A stretch of DNA of 61,409 nt from Candidatus Woesebacteria bacterium (GCA_016926185.1 JAFGPD010000036.1:1-61409); one strand, 5' to 3'. Positions 1-10,426 are shown, numbered from the stretch's first letter. The notes: generated by a model not told the origin, from the letters alone. Numbers and translations are program-made.

Positions 1-3000
1 GATGTAGACGGTGATACAGGTTCCATTACCATAGCAGATGGCGGAGGTGCAGGATATATATCAATAGACTCAACTACCCTTGATAAAGACAGTTTGGATT
101 TTGTTGCAGCAGGAACAATCACTTCAACCGGAGCAAATGACCTGACACTTGATTCCGGAAATAACACTATCACCTTTGCAGCAGATAATACTACGCTCAC
201 TGCAACCGGATTGGCAACAATAACATCTGCCAATTCCCTATCTCTTAATCCCACATCCGGCACTGACTATACTTTAGTAACATCAGCAAATGGAACACTA
301 AATATATTTAACACAAATGCAACGACAGTAAATGCATTCGGTGCAGCAACAGCTGTTAATCTTGGTGCAAACAATGTAATTTTAACTTTGCAAAACGGTG
401 GAGATCTTAGATTTGACGGCGCTACATCTGGATATATCGGTCTAACAGCACCAGCAACACCTTCAAGCTACACTCTGACTTTTCCATCGGCTGTTGCAGG
501 AACGAGTGGACAAGCATTAACATCGGATACAAGTGGGAACTTATCCTGGGCAACAGTAGCAACTGGCGAAACACCATGGGATAGAACCGGTAACAATGTT
601 TATCTAGATGACAATGCTTACGTAGTTGCAATCGGAAGCTCAACACCATTCACTAATTCTGAGCTGACTGTTGCAGGAACCACGCCAAGTCTGACTATCG
701 GAGATGCAGACGAAGAGGACACAATGCTACACTTTGATGGAAGTGCGCAGGATTATTATCTTGGACTTGATGACACGGATGATCATCTAAAGATCGGTGT
801 TGGCTCAACCGTAGGTACCAACACCTCAATAAGTATTGACTCCAGTAGAAATGTCGGCTTCGGTAAAAATCCAGCACTTGATCTTACCGAAGGCGCAACA
901 ATTACAGCAACTGGTTCCGCACAATTCACAAGTATCTCAGGAGCAGGGTTGGTCCAATGCAGTGACGCTACAGATAAAGTGCTTTGGGATTCTGCTACCA
1001 AGAAATTCTCATGTGGTACTAACATCGGAGAAGTTCGATCATTTACAGATACAACAACTGACTCTCTTGATGATACTGATAACACCGAATACTGGGACGT
1101 TGAGGATGATAACCCCAGTATCGAGCTTTATGATGCAAGTGATAAAGTAATGGTTCAAGTGTCAGTTATCGTTTATAGCGGCGCTAATAACCAGGATATT
1201 GGAATAACAGTCCGACGTGATAATGGAGACACAGATGATGCTGATTGCGATGACACGTTAGTAGCAACAGATCTAACAGCTTCTGGTTCAGACATCGGGT
1301 CTTACCCAGTAATTTCAGCCACCTTTATCGACGATCCAGCAACAACTGACCAAACTGCATACACGATCTGTTCATCTGACGAAACGACAGGAACCAACGG
1401 TAATATAAATAGGATCGAAATGATACTTTCTGAGGTTGGTATCGCTTCTGACTATGCAGAGGTTTATGCAACAAACGACACAAATCTTCAGATCGCTGAT
1501 ATTGCAACCGTTGATCCAACACTCAATTCTGGTATCCAAAAAACAGCATCTGCATATGATAAGGGTGTGATTGGGGTAGTTTCAACCAAACCAGCTCAAG
1601 TCATTGGCGGTGGAAGTGATGAAGGTACCAGTGGTGTTCCAATAGCCATGACTGGAAGAGTTCCTGTAAAGGTTACTTCATTGGCTGGACCAATAAGTGG
1701 CGGCGACATCATCGCCTCCAGTTACATCTCAGGTTACGGAATGAGGGCTGACAGATCAGGAGCAATTGTCGGAAAGGCGATGCACGGAACTGATCACTGG
1801 AACGACACTTACTGTACGACACGAAGCTCAATAGAAGATGTTGAAAATTACTGGCCGTATGATAACGGAGATAACTCAGACAAACCTTGTTTCAAGATAG
1901 CAACAGAAAATGTCACAGGAGTACCAAGTACTTACACTGATCCATACGTATATGTAGGTAAAATAATGATGCATGTAGCACCTGGATATCATACTCCGAA
2001 AGAGTTAGTGAACAATAATGCAAATCTTCAGATTGATTTAGGAAAAGATGTTCCCGGTTCAGCAACTTCGTCTGCTGAAAAATATTTACTCCATGATGGA
2101 AGTGGAAATATTTACGAAAATGAAGCTGCATTTTCAGACATATTGGCTGCTAATGCAACAATTGGTGATCTGACCGCCCAGCAAATTTCAACGGCTACAA
2201 TCAGTGCATCTCTACTTAACCTTGGTGATATGCAAATCTTAGAAACAGATGGCGTTTACTCGATATTAAATAATCTCGGTCAGTCGTTATTCTCACTTGA
2301 TTCTTCCGGTAATGCTACGATCTCCGGAACACTGACAACGGCGGGTGGAAACTATGACATTGCAGAAGATTATCTGACAGAAGACTTTAGTCTGGAACCA
2401 GGCGAGATCGTTACGACTCTCGGAATGGACTCAGGATATGTTGCCAGATCAACAAAAGCTTATGACTACCGGGCAATCGGAATTTATTCCTCAAGAGAAG
2501 GATTTAGATTATCTCAGGCTGAAGTTAAACCCGGAACTAAAGCTGTCCCTGTAGCTCTCGCCGGACGTGTCCCAGTCAAGGTTTCAGCGAGTTCTGAACC
2601 AATTGAGACCGGTGATTATCTTACAACCTCAGATGATCCGGGAAGAGCTATGAAAGCAGAAAAAGCCGGTGAGATGATAGGAAAAGCTCTCGAAAGCTGG
2701 AGTCCGGAAAGCGGCAAAGATACAGTTATGGTTTATGTTTCCACCTCTTACGCAGACCCTGAGATTACTCTGAACATTAATGGTGAAATTGATATCGAGA
2801 AATTGGCAATAGAAAATAACGATTCAGGAGAGTTGATCATATCCGGCGTTGAAGGTACTGAGCTAGCCACATTTGATCAATCCGGCAATTTGGAACTATC
2901 CGGAAGCCTGTCAACAGAAGGAGAAAGTATTGCCGTTGAGTATGTGACCAACGATAAAGATTTCATACCCGGAGATGTACTTGCAATTGATCCTGAAAAT

Positions 3001-4632
3001 GACGGGTATGTGATCAGGTCCACAAAAGCTAATGATCAAAATGTAATCGGTATATATTCCGTAGCACCGGGTATACAACTATCAGACACCAAAGATTCAA
3101 AATCCATCTCTGTTGCTGTAGGCGGAAAAGCAAAAGTCAAGGTCAACAACGAAGGAGGAGACATTGTTAAGGGTGATTACCTGACAAGCTCATCAATTGA
3201 AGGTGTTGCAATGAAAGCCACAAGACCCGGACAAGTTCTGGGTAAAGCATTAAGTGATTTCAGCTGTTCAAGTGTTTCGACAGTCAGCTCTACAGGATTC
3301 TGCACAGGTGAAATTACAGTTGCCGTAAATGTAGCTTATGCTGACCCTTCGTCAACTTTGTCAGAAAAGGAGGAAGATGAATTTATTAGCTTGAGTGCAG
3401 GACAAATCAATATACCTGATGGCATGAGAATTAACGGTAAAGAGGTTGACGGAAGTTTGGAAAATATATTTGCAGCAATAGATACCGAATTGATCGCCAC
3501 ATCAGAAAAAATTGGAATACTGGAAACTGATGTAATTGATCTTGCAACCAGATCTGCCAGCTTAGAAGAAAAGGTTGCTCAGATTGAAAATGAAGCTGAT
3601 TCTATTTCTGCAAAAGTTTCTAATAACTTAACAGAAACTCAAAAGAACGCTGAGGAAGTAAAGAGTTTGAGAGAAAGATTGGCTTCAATCGCAGACGTTA
3701 CATCCAACGGCCTAAGTGAAATGGGAAGCACAATTGACAAGGCATTAAAGCTTTTGGAGCGGGATAAAGATCGATCAATTGAAGTTCAACAGCTTGCCGA
3801 TAAATCCGATCTGACACCTTTTGAAACGCTGCTTTCGGATGACTCAGGCCACCCTGCAGATATCGACAATCTTTCAAGTGCCAATGTCGAAGAACTGTTC
3901 CTTGCAAGACGTGTTGCCATATCTGATTCGCTTAAGGTTCTCGGAATATCAAGTTTTGGTGATACAAAGATTGCAGGGACATTGAGTATAAATGAAAACT
4001 TAACTTTCACTAAAGACTCGATATCTACCGAAGGTGTTCTTAATCTACAAAGTTCACCGCTTGCCAGTCATATCAATATCTTCAGCGGCGCTATAGTCCT
4101 TGAACGGGACGGAACGATCAGCACGATCGGAAATCTTGATGTGTTAGGAAACCTTAACATCGAAGGTGCAATCACAACAACAGCAACTGCAGGAGAAAAT
4201 ATCAAAAGCGGTAGTGCACTTTATATTTCTGATTCTCAAGAGGTTAAAGTTGCGAGCGCCACGGAATCGGCAAAGCTGCAGGTTATCGGTCTTGCTGCAG
4301 AAGATGCAGAAGTTGGAAGAAGAGTTACTGTAATCACAGGTGGTAAGGTGGCTGGTCTCACTGAGTTAGAGACCGGTAAAAAATACTATCTAGGCGTTGG
4401 CGGTAAGATAACACAAGAGATACCGGAAGATGCTATTAAGTTAGTATCTCTAGGTGTTGCTTTCTCTGATACGGAACTTGTTGTTCAGATCTCTGAAACT
4501 TCCATCTCAGGCTGGGCAAGTAGACCAAATGTAATCGACCTTGAGTCGGATCAGCTGTTGGACGAGGTTGTCGATATTGCAACCTTCGGAGCGATCCTTA
4601 AACCAACGGAAGAGCTTGATATTGAGTATTAA
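1..4632 (+). CDS. Giant secreted/surface repeat protein, tail-fibre-like (5' partial; the frame is open to the window edge)
   Basis: The ORF is uninterrupted from nt 1 (the track starts it at 94). The N-terminal part is Thr/Ser/Asn/Gly-rich with tail-fibre-like strings (YTLTFPSAVAGTSGQALTSDTSGNLSW). There are three ~113-aa internal repeats, a heptad-like coiled-coil stretch (about nt 3450-3810) and a fourth degenerate repeat near the C-terminus. Confidence 0.85.
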   Translation, partial: DVDGDTGSITIADGGGAGYISIDSTTLDKDSLDFVAAGTITSTGANDLTLDSGNNTITFAADNTTLTATGLATITSANSLSLNPTSGTDYTLVTSANGTLNIFNTNATTVNAFGAATAVNLGANNVILTLQNGGDLRFDGATSGYIGLTAPATPSSYTLTFPSAVAGTSGQALTSDTSGNLSWATVATGETPWDRTGNNVYLDDNAYVVAIGSSTPFTNSELTVAGTTPSLTIGDADEEDTMLHFDGSAQDYYLGLDDTDDHLKIGVGSTVGTNTSISIDSSRNVGFGKNPALDLTEGATITATGSAQFTSISGAGLVQCSDATDKVLWDSATKKFSCGTNIGEVRSFTDTTTDSLDDTDNTEYWDVEDDNPSIELYDASDKVMVQVSVIVYSGANNQDIGITVRRDNGDTDDADCDDTLVATDLTASGSDIGSYPVISATFIDDPATTDQTAYTICSSDETTGTNGNINRIEMILSEVGIASDYAEVYATNDTNLQIADIATVDPTLNSGIQKTASAYDKGVIGVVSTKPAQVIGGGSDEGTSGVPIAMTGRVPVKVTSLAGPISGGDIIASSYISGYGMRADRSGAIVGKAMHGTDHWNDTYCTTRSSIEDVENYWPYDNGDNSDKPCFKIATENVTGVPSTYTDPYVYVGKIMMHVAPGYHTPKELVNNNANLQIDLGKDVPGSATSSAEKYLLHDGSGNIYENEAAFSDILAANATIGDLTAQQISTATISASLLNLGDMQILETDGVYSILNNLGQSLFSLDSSGNATISGTLTTAGGNYDIAEDYLTEDFSLEPGEIVTTLGMDSGYVARSTKAYDYRAIGIYSSREGFRLSQAEVKPGTKAVPVALAGRVPVKVSASSEPIETGDYLTTSDDPGRAMKAEKAGEMIGKALESWSPESGKDTVMVYVSTSYADPEITLNINGEIDIEKLAIENNDSGELIISGVEGTELATFDQSGNLELSGSLSTEGESIAVEYVTNDKDFIPGDVLAIDPENDGYVIRSTKANDQNVIGIYSVAPGIQLSDTKDSKSISVAVGGKAKVKVNNEGGDIVKGDYLTSSSIEGVAMKATRPGQVLGKALSDFSCSSVSTVSSTGFCTGEITVAVNVAYADPSSTLSEKEEDEFISLSAGQINIPDGMRINGKEVDGSLENIFAAIDTELIATSEKIGILETDVIDLATRSASLEEKVAQIENEADSISAKVSNNLTETQKNAEEVKSLRERLASIADVTSNGLSEMGSTIDKALKLLERDKDRSIEVQQLADKSDLTPFETLLSDDSGHPADIDNLSSANVEELFLARRVAISDSLKVLGISSFGDTKIAGTLSINENLTFTKDSISTEGVLNLQSSPLASHINIFSGAIVLERDGTISTIGNLDVLGNLNIEGAITTTATAGENIKSGSALYISDSQEVKVASATESAKLQVIGLAAEDAEVGRRVTVITGGKVAGLTELETGKKYYLGVGGKITQEIPEDAIKLVSLGVAFSDTELVVQISETSISGWASRPNVIDLESDQLLDEVVDIATFGAILKPTEELDIEY
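1450..1786 (+). repeat. Intragenic protein repeat module 1 (~113 aa) of the giant surface protein
   Basis: Pattern D-[YI]-A-E-x-Y ... GD ... S-x-K-A-x-D ... V-I-G-[IV] ... G-R-V-P-V-K-V ... I-x-x-G-D ... G-x-A-M-[KR]-A ... G-K-A. It is shared with modules 2 and 3. Confidence 0.8.
2356..2700 (+). repeat. Intragenic protein repeat module 2
   Basis: DIAEDYLTEDFSLEPGEIV...STKAYDYRAIGIYS...ALAGRVPVKVSASSEPIETGDYLTTSDDPGRAMKAEKAGEMIGKAL aligns with modules 1 and 3. Confidence 0.8.
2926..3261 (+). repeat. Intragenic protein repeat module 3
   Basis: SIAVEYVTNDKDFIPGDVL...STKANDQNVIGIYS...AVGGKAKVKVNNEGGDIVKGDYLTSSSIEGVAMKATRPGQVLGKAL aligns with modules 1 and 2. Confidence 0.8.
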
Positions 4633-4660
4633 TATAGTGACCACCCCAAGCTTCACATTT

Positions 4661-4876
4661 TTGTCATTCTGGAGCGAAATGCAATGAAGAGATAGAATCT
4701 CCGTTGTGTCATTCTGAACCTGCCCGCCGGCAGGTAGGCTTGATCCAGAATCCATATAAACTGGGTTTGTTTCTCACAAGTTCAAAATAAGCAAGGTCTG
4801 ATTTTCGTTTTTGTCCAAATCAGTATCTCAGATAAAAGATTGTATCGTTCTCCTACAGAGAACTCCAGAATGACAA
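4661..4876. repeat. Composite GTCATTC-type palindromic (MITE/REP-like) element with perfect 14-bp terminal inverted repeats
   Basis: TTGTCATTCTGGAG (4661-4674) is the exact reverse complement of CTCCAGAATGACAA (4863-4876). The 5' part (4663-4700) matches the element at 25443-25480. An internal unit (4708-4753) matches, in reverse, the unit at 22979-23022. Confidence 0.7.
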
Positions 4877-4903
4877 CAAATTAAGGTTTCAATAAAACTC
4901 AAA

Positions 4904-6538
4904 CTACTCAAAAGTACTGTAAGTTGTCTTTAGATCGTCTTTTGTCAACGGTTCACCGCCAATTTCTTCTATAATACTATTTCCCAACTCCAAAATATTT
5001 TGGCTATTTGAAGAATAATGAAGCGTCTCAAACGTTACTCTGTTTCTTTGATAAAATCCTTCGTCATATACAAGATCCAGAAGCTTCTCAAGTTCGTCCT
5101 CGTCCTGCAAAAAATAAACTTCGGCCAGATCAGCATCTGATATTCTTTTTGATATTTCTTCAATAATCTTTACATTAGCAGGATAACCCAAATTCGTATC
5201 AACTCCCAAATTCCTCTTTATTATCTTTCTGGCAAAATACTCAGTAAGACCTTCACGGAAAAAGTCGGTTGCCAGCCTCTCTCCCGACTCGTCAAAAGTA
5301 GTGTAGTGCAAATATTCATGAACCAAAAGTTCAAAATAATCGGCAACTGACTGCTCATTATTTTCAAATACAGCAATTCTAATATCATCAGGCGGTTCGA
5401 AAGATGCAAACTCATAGGAAATAAACTCCGTCATTTCATCAGTCAGGTTTTTCTGCGCAGAATAATATTTTGAATAAGCCTCATACTGAGCAAGCTTTTC
5501 TTTATTCTTCTCAATAGTCATCTCAAGGTTGTAAACACTCTTCCTAAGCTCGCTGATCTGTTCTTCCAAATTCGAAACCTCTTCATTGCATTCATCTTTA
5601 CTATTCACTTTTATATACTCACCGTCCTCGTAATAACCTTCGTTTATACAATCTATATATTGATCTTCCCGTTGCCGCCTTAACTCCTGCAGACTTTCTT
5701 GATCACTTGTAAGGCGTTCTTCTTGAACTAAGACATTTTCTGCCAGATCATTCATACTTTCATCGATACTTCCGATCACTTCGGTCAAAACTTTTACCTT
5801 TTTATCAAAATCCTGTTGTCGGTAGTTTTGATAATCCTCCTGGTCCATCAAAGAAACCTTTGGATAATTTTCGATGTTTTGATCGGGGAAAAAGTCTTTT
5901 ATAAAAAGATAGCAAATTACAGAGCTTATCGGCTGGAAGTCAACCGAGTTTGCCCGTACGATAATTAAAGTATCTGCCACAAGCAGTGCGCTGGAATTTA
6001 TTTCACCACCATTGATCACCAAAAAGGCTGGAATATTCCTGACAATATTATTTCCGTAAAAGCTTTCACTTCCTGCTTGGGCCAAAGCAACCGCTGAGAT
6101 AACTGAGTTCTTCTCCTCACTCCCAATTACAATATTAGGAGGAGAGCTGGAGCTTTTTAGTTGCTCAATGATCTTTGAGGGGCTACTTTCAACACCTAAA
6201 ATTTTCGGACTTGCGTTGATCAGAAACGACATCATATTAAGCTGCAGAAATGCTAATGTAAGAATTATGAAAAGTGAAAAAAATGAAGAAACTATAGTTG
6301 CCACAACAGTTATTTTTAGTTGGTGTAAAAAACTTTTTTGGGTACGCAACGAATTAAAAAAAAGGTATATCATCCCAAAAGATCCGCCTAAGATAAAAAT
6401 TATGAGATTTCTTTTTAAAAAACTTATCTGGACATCATAAAAGCCTAAGACCGGACTTGCCAAACTACCAGTACTCTCTCCTGATAAAAAAGAAACGATC
6501 AGAAAAAATGACGTAGCAAATAAAATATATAAAGACAT
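4904..6538 (-). CDS. Membrane-anchored coiled-coil protein with a C-terminal HEXXH zinc-metallopeptidase-like motif
   Basis: 544-aa ORF with N-terminal hydrophobic helices and a central charged heptad-like region. It carries LLVHEYLHY (HEXXH) followed by FREGLTEYF, a possible third-ligand Glu. Confidence 0.6.
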   Translation of the reverse strand: MSLYILFATSFFLIVSFLSGESTGSLASPVLGFYDVQISFLKRNLIIFILGGSFGMIYLFFNSLRTQKSFLHQLKITVVATIVSSFFSLFIILTLAFLQLNMMSFLINASPKILGVESSPSKIIEQLKSSSSPPNIVIGSEEKNSVISAVALAQAGSESFYGNNIVRNIPAFLVINGGEINSSALLVADTLIIVRANSVDFQPISSVICYLFIKDFFPDQNIENYPKVSLMDQEDYQNYRQQDFDKKVKVLTEVIGSIDESMNDLAENVLVQEERLTSDQESLQELRRQREDQYIDCINEGYYEDGEYIKVNSKDECNEEVSNLEEQISELRKSVYNLEMTIEKNKEKLAQYEAYSKYYSAQKNLTDEMTEFISYEFASFEPPDDIRIAVFENNEQSVADYFELLVHEYLHYTTFDESGERLATDFFREGLTEYFARKIIKRNLGVDTNLGYPANVKIIEEISKRISDADLAEVYFLQDEDELEKLLDLVYDEGFYQRNRVTFETLHYSSNSQNILELGNSIIEEIGGEPLTKDDLKTTYSTFE

Positions 6539-6603
6539 CTTAAGGCAAATTGTACACTTTTAACAATTTATGGTGTAGGAGCCAGATTATTATGGATATC
6601 AAT

Positions 6604-8877
6604 CTAATCAGTGTCAGGGTTTTTAGTCTCCTCAACACTGTCCGGTGCTGTTGTCTCAGGCGGATTTTCCAATCCTGGAACATTAATTTCAGGAAGGTTT
6701 GGATCATTAAGTCCCACATCCTCCTGTAATGTCTCAGATTCAATTTTATCCTCAATTTGGTTTAGAAGCTTGGTTGCGGCAGTGTAATCCTGAACCCAAG
6801 CTTCTTTAAGCAATTCCGACGTTCTTTCCCTTTCTTCACTTGTAAGATTATTTCTGATCAATGACACAACTTGTTCTGCGGCATCTTTAGCGTTTCCCAG
6901 TTCCCCGTTTTCTTTCAAGGCAAGCGCTAAGTTGTAGTACCCGCTCACATAATCAGGTTTTAGATCAACAGAATCAGTGAAAAACCCTACAGCCTGATCA
7001 TAATTCCCCGCGGAATAATAAATTAGCCCCACATTAAGTCTCAGGTCTGGATTAAAAGGATCTACTTCAATCGCCCTACCGTAAGCATCAAGAGAAAACG
7101 CAAGTGAGTTTTCTGCAACTCCGGCAATGTTTTTATAAATACCTGCTAATACTTCCCAGTTCCTGGATGATCTGGGTGCCAATGTTGTTGCTACCCGAGC
7201 TTCGTTTATCGCTTGTGTTATTAGTGTCTGTATAGTTTGTCTGTCCTGATCTGTAAGGGTCCCTTCTGAGTTTGCCGGAGTTGGACCTTTTTGTGTTGCC
7301 AAAACATTGGCTAGAGCAAAATTAGTCTGTGCCATGTCAACTCTATAAAGATCGATATGAGGATTAAGCTTCTCTGCTTTTTGTAAATATTCATAAGTCT
7401 TTGCACCATCCCTATCCGCCTGAGACAGTGCTAAGCGGTGATAATAATCTGCCGTAACCGCTTTATAAAGCTCGTTTCCAATGTAACTCACAAGTGCAAT
7501 TGTTAAGACAAAAACCGCTCCGGGAAGAAGATTTATACGCTTGTTCCCTTTATGTCTGACTTTTATGCCAATTGAGAAATCATTATCTTCTCCCTCATCA
7601 AGTCTTTGATAGAAAAAATATATTGCCATCAAAAGCAAAGTGAAAACCACTGAGATCAAGGTTGAGTAATGAATAAATGTCAAAAAAATTGCAACAAATC
7701 CAGTCAATTTCAATGCCGAAATAATTACGGACAGATCACCATCCTTTTTTGTTTTTAATTCAAAAAAGTTTTTCTTCGAATTCAAAAAAATAACACAATA
7801 TACATAAACCGTTGATAAAAGCCCAGCAATACCTAACTCCCCGATTATCTGAAAATATTCATTGCTTGCCCTGCCAAAATCAAAATTCCAAAAGTCAAAC
7901 CGATTGAACTCAATCGGTTTATACTGAGTGAAGTTATAAAGGTAAGTCGCTGGTCCAGTACCCAAAAGCGGTGAATCCTTCATTGTTGAAAAGGATATTT
8001 TCCATGATATATCCCGTGGTAAACGGACTTCTCTGGGAAAATGGAATCTGTTTTCGTTAAGCCTATTTCCTGAAAAAGGTATCAGAAGCAGCATCAAAGT
8101 CAGAACCGATAGTGCAAAGGGTGTAAAGACCATCGCAAGAGAAGTGATGTTAAGCTCCTTTCTTGCCAAAAATATTGATGAACCAAATATAACAAAGAAG
8201 ATCAAGTACACAGTGTTTGACCCTATCAAAACGATTGCCATACTGAAGATAAGTGAAAGGATCATAGCAAGAGGCTGAGGCAAGAATTTATTTTGCTTTA
8301 GCGTTGAAATAAAAGTCAGAGGTAAAAGCATCAAAAGAAGAGAAACCGTAGAAAAAGTTGAACCTGTGGTAGTGAAATTAACACTTCTCGCCATTTCAAA
8401 AGGCAAAAACACTCCAAAAAAAGATAATATGCTAATCACTGCCACCAAAGATGAACTTCCCACAAGAACCTGAAGAAAGATTTTTCCGTAATTATTATCT
8501 TTGATATTTGAAGAAGCAACAAAATACAAAAGTATGTAAGTTACCCAGGAAATAGCTGAGCCGTGGACTTCAGGCAGAGCGCCATAGATAGAAATATACT
8601 TTGAACTACCAGAGAAGGTAGAGACTAAAACTACCACCAGAACAGTCAAAAGTGGTATATCTAAAGGAGTCCTTTTAATAGATATTTTTCCTTTTAGAAA
8701 CCACGATGTTGTCCAGAGAATATAGAGAATTAGCGTTATAGAAACCAGAAAAATAAGTTTCGGCATCTCGTAATAATCAGATGTCAAACCAAGAAAGATA
8801 AGAGGTGTAACAAAAGCACTAAGAAGTAAAAGCAAAAATATCAAACTATCAATATATTCGGTTATTTTGGATTTCAT
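6604..8877 (-). CDS. Polytopic membrane protein, O-antigen-ligase/Wzy-like with C-terminal TPR repeats
   Basis: 757-aa ORF with about 10 or more hydrophobic helices. The C-terminal part has TPR-like repeats (AGNYDQAVGFFTDSVDLKPDY, GYYNLALALKENGELGNAKDAAEQV). Confidence 0.6.
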   Translation of the reverse strand: MKSKITEYIDSLIFLLLLLSAFVTPLIFLGLTSDYYEMPKLIFLVSITLILYILWTTSWFLKGKISIKRTPLDIPLLTVLVVVLVSTFSGSSKYISIYGALPEVHGSAISWVTYILLYFVASSNIKDNNYGKIFLQVLVGSSSLVAVISILSFFGVFLPFEMARSVNFTTTGSTFSTVSLLLMLLPLTFISTLKQNKFLPQPLAMILSLIFSMAIVLIGSNTVYLIFFVIFGSSIFLARKELNITSLAMVFTPFALSVLTLMLLLIPFSGNRLNENRFHFPREVRLPRDISWKISFSTMKDSPLLGTGPATYLYNFTQYKPIEFNRFDFWNFDFGRASNEYFQIIGELGIAGLLSTVYVYCVIFLNSKKNFFELKTKKDGDLSVIISALKLTGFVAIFLTFIHYSTLISVVFTLLLMAIYFFYQRLDEGEDNDFSIGIKVRHKGNKRINLLPGAVFVLTIALVSYIGNELYKAVTADYYHRLALSQADRDGAKTYEYLQKAEKLNPHIDLYRVDMAQTNFALANVLATQKGPTPANSEGTLTDQDRQTIQTLITQAINEARVATTLAPRSSRNWEVLAGIYKNIAGVAENSLAFSLDAYGRAIEVDPFNPDLRLNVGLIYYSAGNYDQAVGFFTDSVDLKPDYVSGYYNLALALKENGELGNAKDAAEQVVSLIRNNLTSEERERTSELLKEAWVQDYTAATKLLNQIEDKIESETLQEDVGLNDPNLPEINVPGLENPPETTAPDSVEETKNPDTD

Positions 8878-9049
8878 TATTAATAAATATATATCTTGCA
8901 GACGGACTTATAAAGTATAAGGACAGCAGTTAATATTAACATTTTAAAAAAGTAACAAAAAGATACAATAAAAACCATTGAATCAAATCGATAATTCCTC
9001 ATTACAAAAAAGCGGAAGATCAAAATAAAATTTTCTTACCCCTTAAGAA

Positions 9050-9466
9050 TTAACATTTTATACAAGTTGGGTAATTGTCCGAAGACCAAGCCTTAATACC
9101 CCCAGAAAGTTCCGTTACGTCCCAAAAACCCAGATCTTTCATTACCTTTAAGGTTTCTGCAGACCTGTTGCCGGAGTTACAATATATTTTGTACGCAACA
9201 TCTTTGTCTAGTTCATCAAGTTTCGACCGAAAATCAGAGGCATAATAATCAATATTAATCGCGCCGGCAATTCTCCCAGCTTCAAATTCCTCGGGAGTAC
9301 GAATATCCAAAATCACCACATTTTTCTTATCCAACTCTTGTTTAAATTCAGCTGCATTTACAGTGATGAGTTTTGCAACTTTGGGCTGATTTCTTGACTC
9401 TACAAATACACCAAGGGAGAAAGATAATATAAGAGACAAAAATATTCCTAGAAACTTTTTCATCAT
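9050..9466 (-). CDS. Secreted rhodanese-domain sulfurtransferase
   Basis: It has a signal-like N-terminus, the string VILDIRTPEEFEAGRIAGAINIDY, and an active-site loop YCNSGNRS (CxxxxR[ST]). Confidence 0.8.
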   Translation of the reverse strand: MMKKFLGIFLSLILSFSLGVFVESRNQPKVAKLITVNAAEFKQELDKKNVVILDIRTPEEFEAGRIAGAINIDYYASDFRSKLDELDKDVAYKIYCNSGNRSAETLKVMKDLGFWDVTELSGGIKAWSSDNYPTCIKC

Positions 9467-9534
9467 AGTCTGATTTTATCAGTTTAAAAATAAACGAATG
9501 ATGTCCACAAAGCTTATTTACCTTACTTTATGAA

Positions 9535-9807
9535 TTATTTCTTACCTTTTTTAGACTTGATTTGAGACTCTATTTCAGGCAACCTTTTCCACCAACCTGG
9601 ATTATCCATCCATGACTGACAACGACCAACTGTATCTGAATACCCTATTGCAGTACCATCTCCTCTTAAATCTGGATATCTTTCGTATAGTCTATCCAGC
9701 GCTTCCGAAGAATCACACAACATATCTGGACTTACATCTAAGCCAAACCTTTTTTCAAGAAACTGCATAATTTTACTAGGTGGTCTTATTCCAATTTCTG
9801 ACGTCAT
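9535..9807 (-). CDS. Hypothetical protein (90 aa)
   Basis: The ORF is co-directional with its neighbours and spaced 12 nt from the upstream gene. I recognised no motif. Confidence 0.5.
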   Translation of the reverse strand: MTSEIGIRPPSKIMQFLEKRFGLDVSPDMLCDSSEALDRLYERYPDLRGDGTAIGYSDTVGRCQSWMDNPGWWKRLPEIESQIKSKKGKK

Positions 9808-9819
9808 TTCACCGGTTGA

Positions 9820-10386
9820 TCAGTTGTCAAAACCCTGCATCATTGAATCAATATCCATGAAATTTATGTTGGACGGTGGTGTGAACTGAGAATCAGCTAC
9901 GGAACTTGGAACACAAGTATAAGAAATTCCGGACTCATCCATTGCCTTCTGATCCCAAATACTTACACTCTCTTCTCCCTCTTCGGTGTCTTGACCATCA
10001 ACTTCTTCAAAGCAGGTTTTTATTCCCTGTCCTTCATCTTCAGACCAAGTCCACATACAATTATCCTTCATAATGATCTCTCCTACCTGTCCATCAGTAT
10101 TTACCATCTTTCCTCGATAGTTTTCACCTTTTACGTAACCTTCATATTGATTACCATCGAACTCATAACTACACTTCATCCCTACTCCTAGAGCAATTGC
10201 TTCTTTTAAACTTCCGGTAAACTTCTCAACTATAGTCTTTTCCTCTGAGGCTATATCAGTAGATCCAGTTTCCGTGGTATCCATAGATTGTTTGTTTCTA
10301 CCGCTCATCAGTAAGTAAAATCCAACACCCAATACTATTATTGCTGCAGCAATAATTAATGGTTTATTTTTCTTCATTTCAATCAC
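9820..10386 (-). CDS. Hypothetical secreted/membrane-anchored acidic protein
   Basis: 188-aa ORF with an N-terminal TM/signal segment (KPLIIAAAIIVLGVGFYLL). I recognised no motif. Confidence 0.6.
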   Translation of the reverse strand: MIEMKKNKPLIIAAAIIVLGVGFYLLMSGRNKQSMDTTETGSTDIASEEKTIVEKFTGSLKEAIALGVGMKCSYEFDGNQYEGYVKGENYRGKMVNTDGQVGEIIMKDNCMWTWSEDEGQGIKTCFEEVDGQDTEEGEESVSIWDQKAMDESGISYTCVPSSVADSQFTPPSNINFMDIDSMMQGFDN

Positions 10387-10426
10387 CCCATTTCTTTATA
10401 CAATTCATAGTGTAACACTATTTTTA

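Noticed and set aside
1450-4480. Diversity-generating retroelement (template/variable repeat) explanation for the repeats in the giant protein
   Set aside because: The modules differ at all codon positions rather than at adenine-specific sites. There is no reverse transcriptase gene or non-coding template copy in the window.
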